Program-made: the position numbers and the translations under genes
Notes under the pieces: generated by a model
The model's database searches: none
What the model saw: only the letters and a program-made list of their open reading frames with translations
What the model was told of the DNA's origin: nothing
Part shown: in pieces, positions 53,945-64,000 of the stretch
How positions within the stretch are numbered: the stretch's first letter is position 1
How the letters are laid out: each line of letters begins with the position of its first letter
Assembly: GCF_006345805.1 (NCBI RefSeq)
Contig: NC_042999.1
Location: 97,836,001-97,900,000, forward strand
Origin: Octopus sinensis
Taxonomy: Eukaryota
Reading direction: 5' to 3'
Length of the DNA stretch: 64,000 nt

Positions 53945-54259
53945 TCTGTCGGTCACGAATGTCCATGGGTGCACCTAAGAGGTTCCCGTCCGGGGTACAA
54001 ATCTGGTGGACGGAAAGACCAGCAGTCGCCCAGGCATACCAACCCCCTCTGCACGCCACCGATGTTATCCAAGTGAAAGGCAACGGCCGATACAGCTTGG
54101 CACCAGTGACGTCGAGACTCATTTCTACAGCTGAGTAAACTGGAGCAACGGAAAATAAAGTGTCTTGCTCAAGAACACAACATGCAGCCCGGTCCAGGAA
54201 TCGAACTCCCAATTTCACGATCGTAAGCTCAACGCTCTAACCACTGAGCCATGCACCTT
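53945..54259 (-). mobile_element. SINE family C, left arm of inverted pair
   Basis: Ends ...ctctaaccactgagccatgcacctt, the reverse complement of 54327 onward. Confidence 0.9.
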
Positions 54260-54326
54260 CACACACACACAGATATATACATATACATATATATGCGCGC
54301 GCGCGCACACACACACACATATATAT

Positions 54327-54662
54327 AAGGTGCATGGCTCAGTGGTTAGAGCGTCGAGCTTACGATCGTGAGGTTGTGAGCTCGAATCCCGGACCGGGCT
54401 GCGTGTTGTGTTCTTGAGCAAGGCACTTTATTTCACGTTGCTCCAGTTCACTCAGCTGTAGAAATGAGTTGCGACGTCAACGGTGCCAAGCTGTATCGAC
54501 CTTTGTCTTTCCCTTGGATAAACACTGGTGGCGTGGAGAGGGGAGGCTGGTATGCATGGGCGACTGCTGGCCTTCCATAAACAACCTCGCCCGGACTTGT
54601 GTCTAGGAGGGTAACTTTCTAGGTGCAATCCCATGGTCAGTGTCGTGACCGAAGGGGGTCTC
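54327..54662 (+). mobile_element. SINE family C, right arm (tRNA head, CORE-like domain)
   Basis: A box tggctcagtggttag, B-box-like gagctcgaatccc; tgtgttcttgagcaaggcacttt...ccagttcactcagctgtagaaatgag resembles the CORE-SINE domain. Confidence 0.9.
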
Positions 54663-54881
54663 CAAAATATATATACACACTCACATTAAATGTGGGAGGG
54701 GCATGTGCACGTGTATATATACATATATGCATATGTATCCATATATATATATGTGCGTGTGTGTGTGTGCGCGCGCGCGTACGTGTGTGTATACACACGC
54801 ACGCGCAAGTGATAGATAGAAAGACAGCCAGACAGACAGAAAGATAGACAGACAGAAAGATAGATAGACAGACAGACAGAC

Positions 54882-54980
<99 letters not shown>

Positions 54981-54986
54981 CAGACC

Positions 54987-55034
<48 letters not shown>

Positions 55035-55065
55035 GTAGATAGATAGATAGACAGACCAGACAGAC

Positions 55066-55198
<133 letters not shown>

Positions 55199-55469
55199 CA
55201 GATACACCCACATCTTTGTATGTACATTTGTGCTTGTACGTCTTCGTGTCTGTCCCTGTCGCAGCGATAGTGATGACTTAAGTTTCGTATTTTAGCGCTT
55301 CGACAAAAAGTGACCGATGGAATATGTACTTGATATGTATAAGTACTGCAGTACTTATATATGTTATAAGTACAACTAAATCCTTTAAGGTGGTGCCTCT
55401 GCATGTTCGCAGGGCATTCGCTGTAACAAATAAGAATAAAATCGCACACATGCCCACACAACACATGTG

Positions 55470-55513
<44 letters not shown>

Positions 55514-55522
55514 ATATATATA

Positions 55523-55622
55523 NNNNNNNNNNNNNNNNNNNNNNNNNNNNNNNNNNNNNNNNNNNNNNNNNNNNNNNNNNNNNNNNNNNNNNNNNNNNNN
55601 NNNNNNNNNNNNNNNNNNNNNN
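55523..55622. other. Assembly gap (100 N)
   Basis: Run of N between (TA)n and (CA)n tracts. Confidence 0.99.
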
Positions 55623-56242
55623 ACACACACAAACACACACACACACAGATGCGCACATGTGGAGACGTTGCAGAATCGAATAAAATTGTTCGATAATCAT
55701 TTGACCCTCTGTACTCCGAGTTTAAGCCTCTTCAAAGTAAACTTCGCCTTTTATCCTTTCGTTGCCGATAAATGAAGCACCATTTCTTTTCAGGAATCGT
55801 GTCTTCTGTTTCTTTCGTTTTCTCTTTCAGTCCTTCTCTCTTATGGAAGAAATCGGTTATAGCGAGATATGGAGACGAATGGGTTTCTTAGGTCTTGAAA
55901 GTACTCAAGACACTGTACATCACAACAATACACTTATGGCTCCACCAAAGAATTGAAGGTACATGGCATATATACATGTGTGTGATGTGTGTGTGTGTGT
56001 GTGTGTGTGCGTGTGTGTGTGTGTGTGTGTACGTACACATGCGCACACACACATGCGCACACACACATGCGCACACATACATGCGCACACACACATGCGC
56101 ACACACACATGCGCACACACATGCGCACACACACACACATATGTTTGTATGTGTACTATATGTGTTTTAAACTAAAATCTTTAAAATTTAGTAATGGAAA
56201 GTCGAAATATATGGCCCTGCCGAAAACAAGATTCAACCAAAT

Positions 56243-56346
<104 letters not shown>

Positions 56347-57369
56347 GTGAAGATCACACATATGTATGTATGTTGGTATGCAGTTAGCCTTGCTGAAAAG
56401 AAAAGCTTTTGAAATTGTAACATTTATTAGAGTCACTGAAAATAAATGAGATCCAATTTGTTTGAAATCGACAGCCTTCAGTTGTTAGAACAGTACGTCG
56501 TCTCTTTGGGTTTACAACTCTATAAATTTTGAAAAAAAAAGAAAATAAAGAGAGAAAGAGTTAGAGAGAGGGGGAGAGAACGAGAGATATATAGAGATAG
56601 ATAGATAGATAGATGGATAGATAGATAGATAGAGAGAGTGTGTGAGAGGGAGAGAGAGCGGAATTCTAAGCAAGCGAATATTCCTATGAAAAATAACTGC
56701 TTAAAGCAAACAGGCACCACCACTACCACTATCACAACCACCACCAAAAATAAATGAATAAAAAAGATATAAAGAAAAGAAATCAGGAAAGTGGAATGGT
56801 GTTGCAAGTAATTGAGATACCTCGTCATACAGGATTAATTATTGATACTAAAATACAGCTGACTATTAAACAAATAACGATATGCATACAAGAAAATATT
56901 TAAATTAGTGATTTAGTTTACAAACATTAAGTGAAGAAAAATATGGAAGGAAAAAATTGTTCATTGATCAGAGGAGCAAAAATCATATTTTTCTCCGCCT
57001 ATTGCACATCACTTATAACATGTCATATCATAGATTTGGGTATCCAATTAGCAATCGCGGTGTTGGGTCAGCGATCTATGTATGTGTATGCATGTTAGCA
57101 ATATGTGTGCGTGTACGTACATACATACATGCATACATAAATATATATATATATACACACACGTGCGCATACACACACGCACACACATACACACACGCAC
57201 GCACACACTCACACATCTCAAGTTTCAAAGGAGTGAGCGAGGAGATATTATTTTATTCCGTATGTTGACAGCTGTTTCGTAATCCATATCCAGGTACATC
57301 ACTGGCGTTAAAGTGTTCTACACACATATAAAACATACGTATAGATGCAATATATAGTTACCTTTTACC

Positions 57370-57750
57370 CTTTATCTGTTTCGGTCTTAGACTGTGACAA
57401 TGCTGGGGCACCACATTGAAGAATTTTTAGTTGAACGATTCGACCCAAGTACTTTTTTAAAGCTGGGCATCTATTCTTTGGTGTCTTAGGTCGAACCGCT
57501 AAGTTACGGAGACGTAAACACAACACCGGTTGTCAAGCGGTGGCGGAGACAATGTCACAAAGACACATACACGCGCGCGCACACACACACACACGACGGG
57601 CTTCTTTCAGTTTCTGTCTACCAAATCCCCTCACAAGGCTTTGCTCGGCCCGAGTCTATAGTAGAATAGTAGAAGACACTTGCCCATGGTGCTACGCAGT
57701 GGGGACTGAACCCGGAACCATGCGGTTGGGAACCAAACTCAGCCACGCAT
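57370..57750 (-). mobile_element. SINE family A
   Basis: tgtttcggtcttagactgtgacaatgctggggcacc...gaaccgctaagttacgg...gggactgaacccggaaccatg. Confidence 0.85.
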
Positions 57751-57789
57751 GCATTTATAAGATTTCTAATCATAGCATTATGTGGACTA

Positions 57790-57832
<43 letters not shown>

Positions 57833-57873
57833 ACAACGGCCAGAATTGATATAATTCGAGATACAGTCCCATA

Positions 57874-58060
57874 TCTATTTTATAAAATCCGTTCTGTCTG
57901 TCTCTGTGTGTGTCTTTTAGGATCTCGGGCATCCTCCATCCGATCGCGCTCAAATTTGATATGTTGATACCGACGGTATCAGGGCGTGTATAAGTCTTGA
58001 AAAAATTACAAAAATCGATTCCAGGTGAGAATGCGATGGCGGCTCTCAATTGACCAACCG
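57874..58060 (+). mobile_element. Helitron-like 5' terminal fragment
   Basis: Starts TCTATTTTATAAAA, then (TGTC)n and ccgatcgcgctcaaatttg, a layout typical of non-autonomous Helitron 5' ends. Confidence 0.45.
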
Positions 58061-58544
58061 TGAGGAAGATAATGATAATTTTAAATTCAAATCCAATAGT
58101 GTATTTATGTCATAAGGAAAATTACTAATGGAAACCGGACATATATATATACCGCTCTGGATCCTAATGTAAGCGTATTAATAATATTATGAATGATAAT
58201 AATGGTAACATTAATGGTATTGACAACGATAATGATGCTAACTTTAATGACACTTTAGAATTAGTATGAAGTAATAAATGTATCCTATTGACTATGTATA
58301 TTTGCATCTAGGTACTAATTTGTGTATGTATTATCACAATATTAAGTCGAAAAACTGAGACATTGAATGGGAAACACATATATACGTTTACTAATTTATA
58401 TTATTTATTTATATCATTATGTATATGTATGTTTTTATATGTAAGAGTGTGAGTATATGCACTCATATGGATATGTATATGTTGTATTATAGGCATGCAC
58501 CCACACCCATGTGGGTATATATGTAGACTGATTATATTACATAA

Positions 58545-58668
58545 TCTCCGAAGAGGCCTTATGTATATTTTGTAAATGTCTCATTTATATCTATATATTG
58601 ACCTACCATAAAAGGCTAATATTGGTAAAATGAGAATACTTATCTACATGGCCGAAACAGCTGTAAGA
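58545..58668 (+). ncRNA. Type I hammerhead-like motif with long helix II insertion (U4>C)
   Basis: TCT-CCGAAGA-GGCC(tt)ATGTA-[~75 nt]-TACAT-GGCC-GAA-ACAGCTGT-A-AGA. Confidence 0.6.
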
Positions 58669-58927
58669 CGTATCTATACTTATATTTATATTTAATTATA
58701 TTTATATTCTCTTTTATATATATTCTACTTATTATACAACATTACTCTTTTATGTACACTTTTTTATGTACATTCCTTTATGTACATGATTTGTTCTGGT
58801 TTTTATATTGACCCTACAGTCTCTTATGTGGTGGTTTAATAAAGTATGTGATTGAGTATTATCTGGTAAATGTTATTTGATTTAGATGTATTTCTCCATT
58901 TTCTTATCTTGTATAATATATAATATA

Positions 58928-58979
<52 letters not shown>

Positions 58980-59498
58980 TTAGTTGACTGAGGTCGTCTT
59001 TTCGTTCAGCTATATTTATTTATGTATTATAGCTTTCTAATTCATAATTCATAATACATATTTGGTGCGCACTGTTAGTAAAAAATACCTCATTAAGACA
59101 AACTGTGATGTACCCTGCAAAATAAGCATTAATTATTTTTTTTGTTTTACTACCAAGTAACTAAGCATATAAAAATTTAATTATACATTGATGACTTTGG
59201 AGTAACTTTACCTTGTTAAACAGTTACATACGTTTGTATATGAAATTATTTTTCGGCTCATTTGTTCATTCATTTACAATATTACTTTCAGCCAAATGAG
59301 TGTTGGTTACTAAGTGATTGTCTTTATATACACCACCTGAAGAGAAACACGTTTCTTGAAACAGAATGTATGCTTATACATATAAACTCTCTCACACACA
59401 CCACACCACACCACACCCAACACACACCACACACACCACACACACACACCCAAAACACACACACATGTATCTGTATTTAGCTATAAATATAAATATAA

Positions 59499-59540
<42 letters not shown>

Positions 59541-59543
<3 letters not shown>

Positions 59544-59672
59544 CTCCCACTCTTTCTTCTATTGGCCTGCTTGCTTAGCCATCGGGGTGGCGTCATTCGA
59601 AGGCTAAACAATGCGAACGCATTGTGACCAGCGATGTGTAACTACATTTGATGGACTGGTCGGTCACGTGAT

Positions 59673-59680
<8 letters not shown>
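59541..59680 (+). mobile_element. SINE family D, tail variant 3, 5' truncated, within (TA)n
   Basis: Homologous to the 3' part of 61643-61803; (TA)n on both sides; terminal cacgtgat duplicated. Confidence 0.75.
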
Positions 59681-59704
<24 letters not shown>

Positions 59705-60295
59705 CTTCACTCTGTCTGTCTTCCTCACTTCTCTCTTATAATATTTATATATTCTGACACACATATATATATATATATATATAATAAATATACACATATG
59801 TATGCATGCATATGTGCATACCATAGGCATACACCTCCACTCACACACAAGTTAGATATTCCGTAGAGTCGGATAGCATGCCTTAAGAAATTAGTATATG
59901 TTTTCTAGGTTCCAAGGTCAAATGATACCAAGATCCGTATAGCTCTTACTCTTCCAGGGTCGATGAAAAAGTACCAGTGAAATACTGGGATTGACTATTT
60001 CTCGGAATCAGATGTGCTGCATTGTGAAACAATCGTGGGGCACTACTTCTTAATGTCCCTTCAGAAATAGTGAAGGTTGAGTGAAGAAAGTATAAAAAAG
60101 AAAGAAAAGACGATAAGCTACGGAAACTGTCCAACATCAGACTGATATACAGTAAATATAGGGAAATATAGCCACATTAAGCATATGTGTGTGTTTTATC
60201 TGATTCTGTATGCGCGCGCATGTTGTGTGTATGTTGTGTTTTGTGTGTGTGCGTGTTTGGATATGATCCCGTTTGTTTGTATGATTTTTCCCCAT

Positions 60296-60704
60296 AGGCG
60301 CAGGAGTGGCTGTGTGGTAAGTAGCTTGCTAACCAACCACAATGGTTCCGGTTCAGTCCCACTGCGTGGCATCTTGGGCAAGTGTCTTCTGCATAGCCCC
60401 GGGCGACCAATGCCTTGTGAGTGGATTTGTAGACGGAAACTGAAAGAACCTGTCGTATATATGTATTATATGTATGTTGGTTTGTTTGGGGGTGTGTCTG
60501 TGTTTGGTCCCCCTAGCATTGCTTGACAACCGATTTGGTGTGTTTATGTCCCCGTTACTTAGCGGTTCGGCAAAGAGACCATAGAATAAGTACGGGCTTA
60601 CAAAAAAAGAATAAGTCCGGGGTCGAGTCGCTCGACTAAAGGCGGTGCTCCAGCATGGCGCAGTCAAAGGACTGAAACAAGTAAAAGAGTAAAGAGTAAG
60701 AGTA
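60296..60704 (+). mobile_element. SINE family A, full length
   Basis: ggcgcaggagtggctgtgtggtaag...ggcggtgctccagcatgg...ctgaaacaagtaaaagagtaaagagtaag; a second 3' partial copy follows at ~60805-61040. Confidence 0.92.
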
Positions 60705-61122
60705 TATGAAAGTTTCTGCACATGTGACTTTTACAGATAACTGATGTGATGCACACGTGACTACATTGTGTATGTGTGTGAATATACATACATATATGTA
60801 TGTATGAAAGAAGCCCGTTGTATATATGTATATGTATATATCTATGTGTGTGTGTCTTCGTGTCCAACTAGTATTGGTATGTTTTCGTCCCCGTAATCAA
60901 GCAGTTCGCCAAAGTAGAGCGACAGGATAAGTAATAAGCTTAAATCAAATAAATTAGGGAGTCGATTTGTTCAACTAAAACTCTTCAGGGCGGTGCCCCA
61001 ACATGGCTGCAGCTAGATAACTGAAAGAAGGAAAAAAGAATATATATATATGTAAATTTTTTTTTCAGAATGAGATGAAAAAATTAAGGGTGTGAGGATT
61101 TTAGAACAATTATAAATAGAAG

Positions 61123-61170
61123 GTCTTACAGCTGTTTCCAAGATATTTATTATATCCCTTCATCGTAGAC
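61123..61170 (-). ncRNA. Degenerate type I hammerhead-like motif
   Basis: Minus strand: GTCT-acGATGA-A-GGGATAT-aataa-ATATCTT-g-GAA-ACAGCTGT-A-AGAC; three helices present, C3/U4 altered. Confidence 0.55.
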
Positions 61171-61416
61171 GGCGTGAGAATTGGTTATCATATTTTAATT
61201 TATTACATATATATATATATAATATATACACACACACCACACACCCACACACACACACACACACACACACATTATATATATATATATTATATTATATCTA
61301 TAATTATATACACACACACACTCACACACACACCACACACACACACACACATATAATAATATATATATATATATATTATATATATTATATACTATAAACA
61401 CACACACACCACATAT

Positions 61417-61963
61417 ACTCTTTACTCTTTTACTTGTTTCAGTCAGTTGACTGCGGCCATGCTGGAGCACCGCCTTTATCGAGCAACTCGACCCCGGGAC
61501 TTATTCTTTGTAAGCCCATACTTATCTATCGGTCTTTTGCCGAACCGCTAAGTGACGGGGAACATAACACAACCAGCATCGGTTGTCAAGCAATGCTAGG
61601 GAGACAAACACAGACACACAAACATACACGCATATATATATGTGATCCCTGCTGTACTCTTTCACCACTCCTCCTCTCACTCTTTCTTCTGTTGGCCTGC
61701 TCGCTTAGCCAGCGGGGTGGCGTCATTCGAAGGCTAAAATGATGCGAACGCAATGTGACCAGCGATGTGTAAATACATCTGATGGGCTGGTCGGTCACGT
61801 GATATATATATATATATATAACGGGTTTCTTTCAGTTTCCGTCTACCAAATCCACTCACAAGGCTTTGGTCGGCCTGACACTTGCCCAAGGTGCCACGCA
61901 GTGGGACTGAACCCGGAACCATGTGGTTGGTAAGCAAGCTATTTACCACCAGCCACTCCTGCG

Positions 61964-61968
<5 letters not shown>
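61417..61968 (-). mobile_element. SINE family A with nested family D (tail 3) insertion at 61643-61803 (+)
   Basis: Family A halves at 61417-61640 and ~61820-61968 are split at the internal (TA)n by tgatccctgctgtactctttcaccac...ggtcggtcacgtga. Confidence 0.88.
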
Positions 61969-62008
<40 letters not shown>

Positions 62009-62021
62009 TATATATATAATC

Positions 62022-62055
<34 letters not shown>

Positions 62056-62339
62056 ATATATATATCTATATATATATATATATAATATATATATAATATA
62101 TAATATATATATATAAATATAAAGGGAAAGTTTACGAAAATAAACAAAAACGAAGGCAGGTGATGTACAATAACAGATGTAATTTGTATAGCGCTCAGGA
62201 ATAGAAAAAGTCTTTATATATATATATATATATATATAGGTTACTTCCCAACCATATCTTTCCAAATTTAGTCCCATTGCATGGTACCTCGGGAAAATGT
62301 CATCTACTATTGCTTCGGGCCGAAGCAATACTTTATATA

Positions 62340-62575
62340 TATAAAGTTAATCCAAACAAAAACACAAAAAAAAAACAAAAAAAACACAACAAAAACAAAA
62401 AAAAACAAAAAAAAACACAAAGACGTTGAACAAATAAAGTATTATTGGACACTCAGGAAAAAAGGGAAGAAGGAGGGTTTAACGTTTCGAGCGGTGCTCT
62501 TCGTCGGAAACATAGGAGAAGGAAAGATCCCGAGAAGGGAAGACGGAAGAAAAAAAATCGCCAGCGGTACTCGTA
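62340..62575 (-). mobile_element. Hammerhead-bearing module, homolog of 21105-21310
   Basis: Contains GTTT-CCGACGA-A-GAGC-acc-GCTC-GAA-ACGT-T-AAAC (62477-62511, minus); (TA)n on both flanks. Confidence 0.65.
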
Positions 62576-62599
62576 TATATATATATATATATGAATATA

Positions 62600-62828
62600 T
62601 TTATGTGTGTGTGTCTGTGTCTGTTTGTCCCCCCACCATCGCTTGTCAGCCGATGTTGGTGTGTTTACGTTCCCGTAATTTAGTGGTTCGGTAAAAGAAA
62701 TCGATGGAATAAGTACTATACTTACAAAGAATAAATCCTGGGGTCGATTTCTTCGACTGAAACCCTTTAAGGTGGTGCTCCAGCGTGGTCGCAGTCAGAT
62801 AACTAAAACAAGTAAAAGAATAAAAGAA
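62600..62828 (+). mobile_element. SINE family A, 3' half
   Basis: tttgtccccccaccatcgcttgtc...ggtggtgctccagcgtggtcgcagtc...aaacaagtaaaagaataaaagaa. Confidence 0.85.
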
Positions 62829-62931
62829 ATATATTATATATATATATATTATATATATTATATATATATATCACATGTGCATCTATGTATGTACATATAC
62901 ATATATATACGCACACACCTCAACATTTATG

Positions 62932-63012
<81 letters not shown>

Positions 63013-63342
63013 ATATATATATATATGCATACACAGCGCAGACATATAGATAGAGATTATGATGTATACATACATAAATAGACATATATAATCGTGTGCT
63101 CATGTGTATTGGCCTGCTGCGTTTGGCAGTGTATATTTTTGTGGTAGTATTTTCATCTATGAAGTGTATTTGCGTGTGTGTTCGTATGTGTGTATCTGTT
63201 TATGTATAATGTGTCCCTTGGATTCTTGGTGGTGCATTGGCGTGTGTTTGTTACTGTGTGTGTGTATACAAAATAGTGAATGGTAGTGTACGTATATGCG
63301 AGTGAAATAATGTATGTATGAGTTTGTGTATATATGTATATA

Positions 63343-63380
<38 letters not shown>

Positions 63381-64000
63381 TGAGAAAGTGAGAAAGAGAT
63401 GTAACGACGTGGATGTGAGAGGTCTCATGTACACGTGTGTGTGTACGGTAATAAATCATATCTGCCTTATAACGTTGTCTGACTTTTGATGCCATTTTAG
63501 ATGTGTGACGTCACTGGGAGCAGTTAGCTGTGGCGTTAGTGGTGTTGGTGGTTATTTTGAAGATGGTGTTGGTGATAAGAACTGTCGAAGCTGTAGCCAT
63601 GATAGGATGGTATTAGTTAGTATTTGTATAGTGCTGTTGGTGACGATGGTGAACAATGAATGGCGAACGGTGACAGGGGTGGTCCTAGCAATGGCAATGG
63701 GTGTTGGTGGTAATGGAGATGGAAGGTTTGTGTTTCTTTTGTTTGCGGTGGTTTTAGTAACAACAGGGGCGGTATTGTTGTTTAAGACCCTCCACCAGTC
63801 AGCTGTGGAGAGAAATGATTTATAATGGAAGTCATTCCAAACATGCCCATCCTGTCTTTTTCAGAACGATCAATCCAACGTGTCCTTCCTTTTGGAGACA
63901 TATGACCAGTGTAATTTGAAGGATCTTCTAGGATCTTTTGCTTCACTGCATCAGTGGACATTTTAAAGTTTAGTGAAAGTTTAAAAATTTGATGTATTGA

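Noticed and set aside
55975-56140. (GT)n followed by (ATGCGCACACACAC)n fold-back
   Set aside because: Complementarity comes only from simple repeats, which are ubiquitous in this window.
57264-57305. GAAACAGCTGTC (minus) hammerhead half motif
   Set aside because: A palindromic helix III and GUC are present, but there is no CUGANGA core or helix I; at most a relic.

Overview
Eukaryotic, AT-rich, extremely microsatellite-rich DNA with no recognisable intact host gene. The SINE families and repeat landscape look like an octopus (coleoid cephalopod) genome; this is recognition from memory, not a database result. Nearly all listed ORFs are translated microsatellites. The real coding signal is decayed transposons: a Tc1 element with both TIRs (21731-22956), a ~3.2 kb CR1/L2-group LINE with APE+RT (27707-30877), three different R4/Dong-like RLE LINEs stacked in (TAA)n tracts (38722-42326), RTE and L1/Tx1-like 3' ends, a Penelope GIY-YIG C-terminal remnant, mariner MITEs, Helitron/Helentron pieces and dozens of copies of four tRNA-headed SINE families (labelled A-D here). 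The most unusual signal is a set of about eight type I hammerhead-ribozyme-like motifs with palindromic helix III, from several sequence families, mostly in short modules embedded in (TA)n; the one at 31616-31705 (-) has a fully canonical core. Other highlights: a SINE/LINE pair sharing a 40-nt 3' end with compensatory hairpin changes, one SINE head carrying three alternative tails, SINE dimers mobilised as single units, and close inverted SINE pairs. Coordinates were read by eye; element boundaries are approximate unless a TSD or TIR is quoted.
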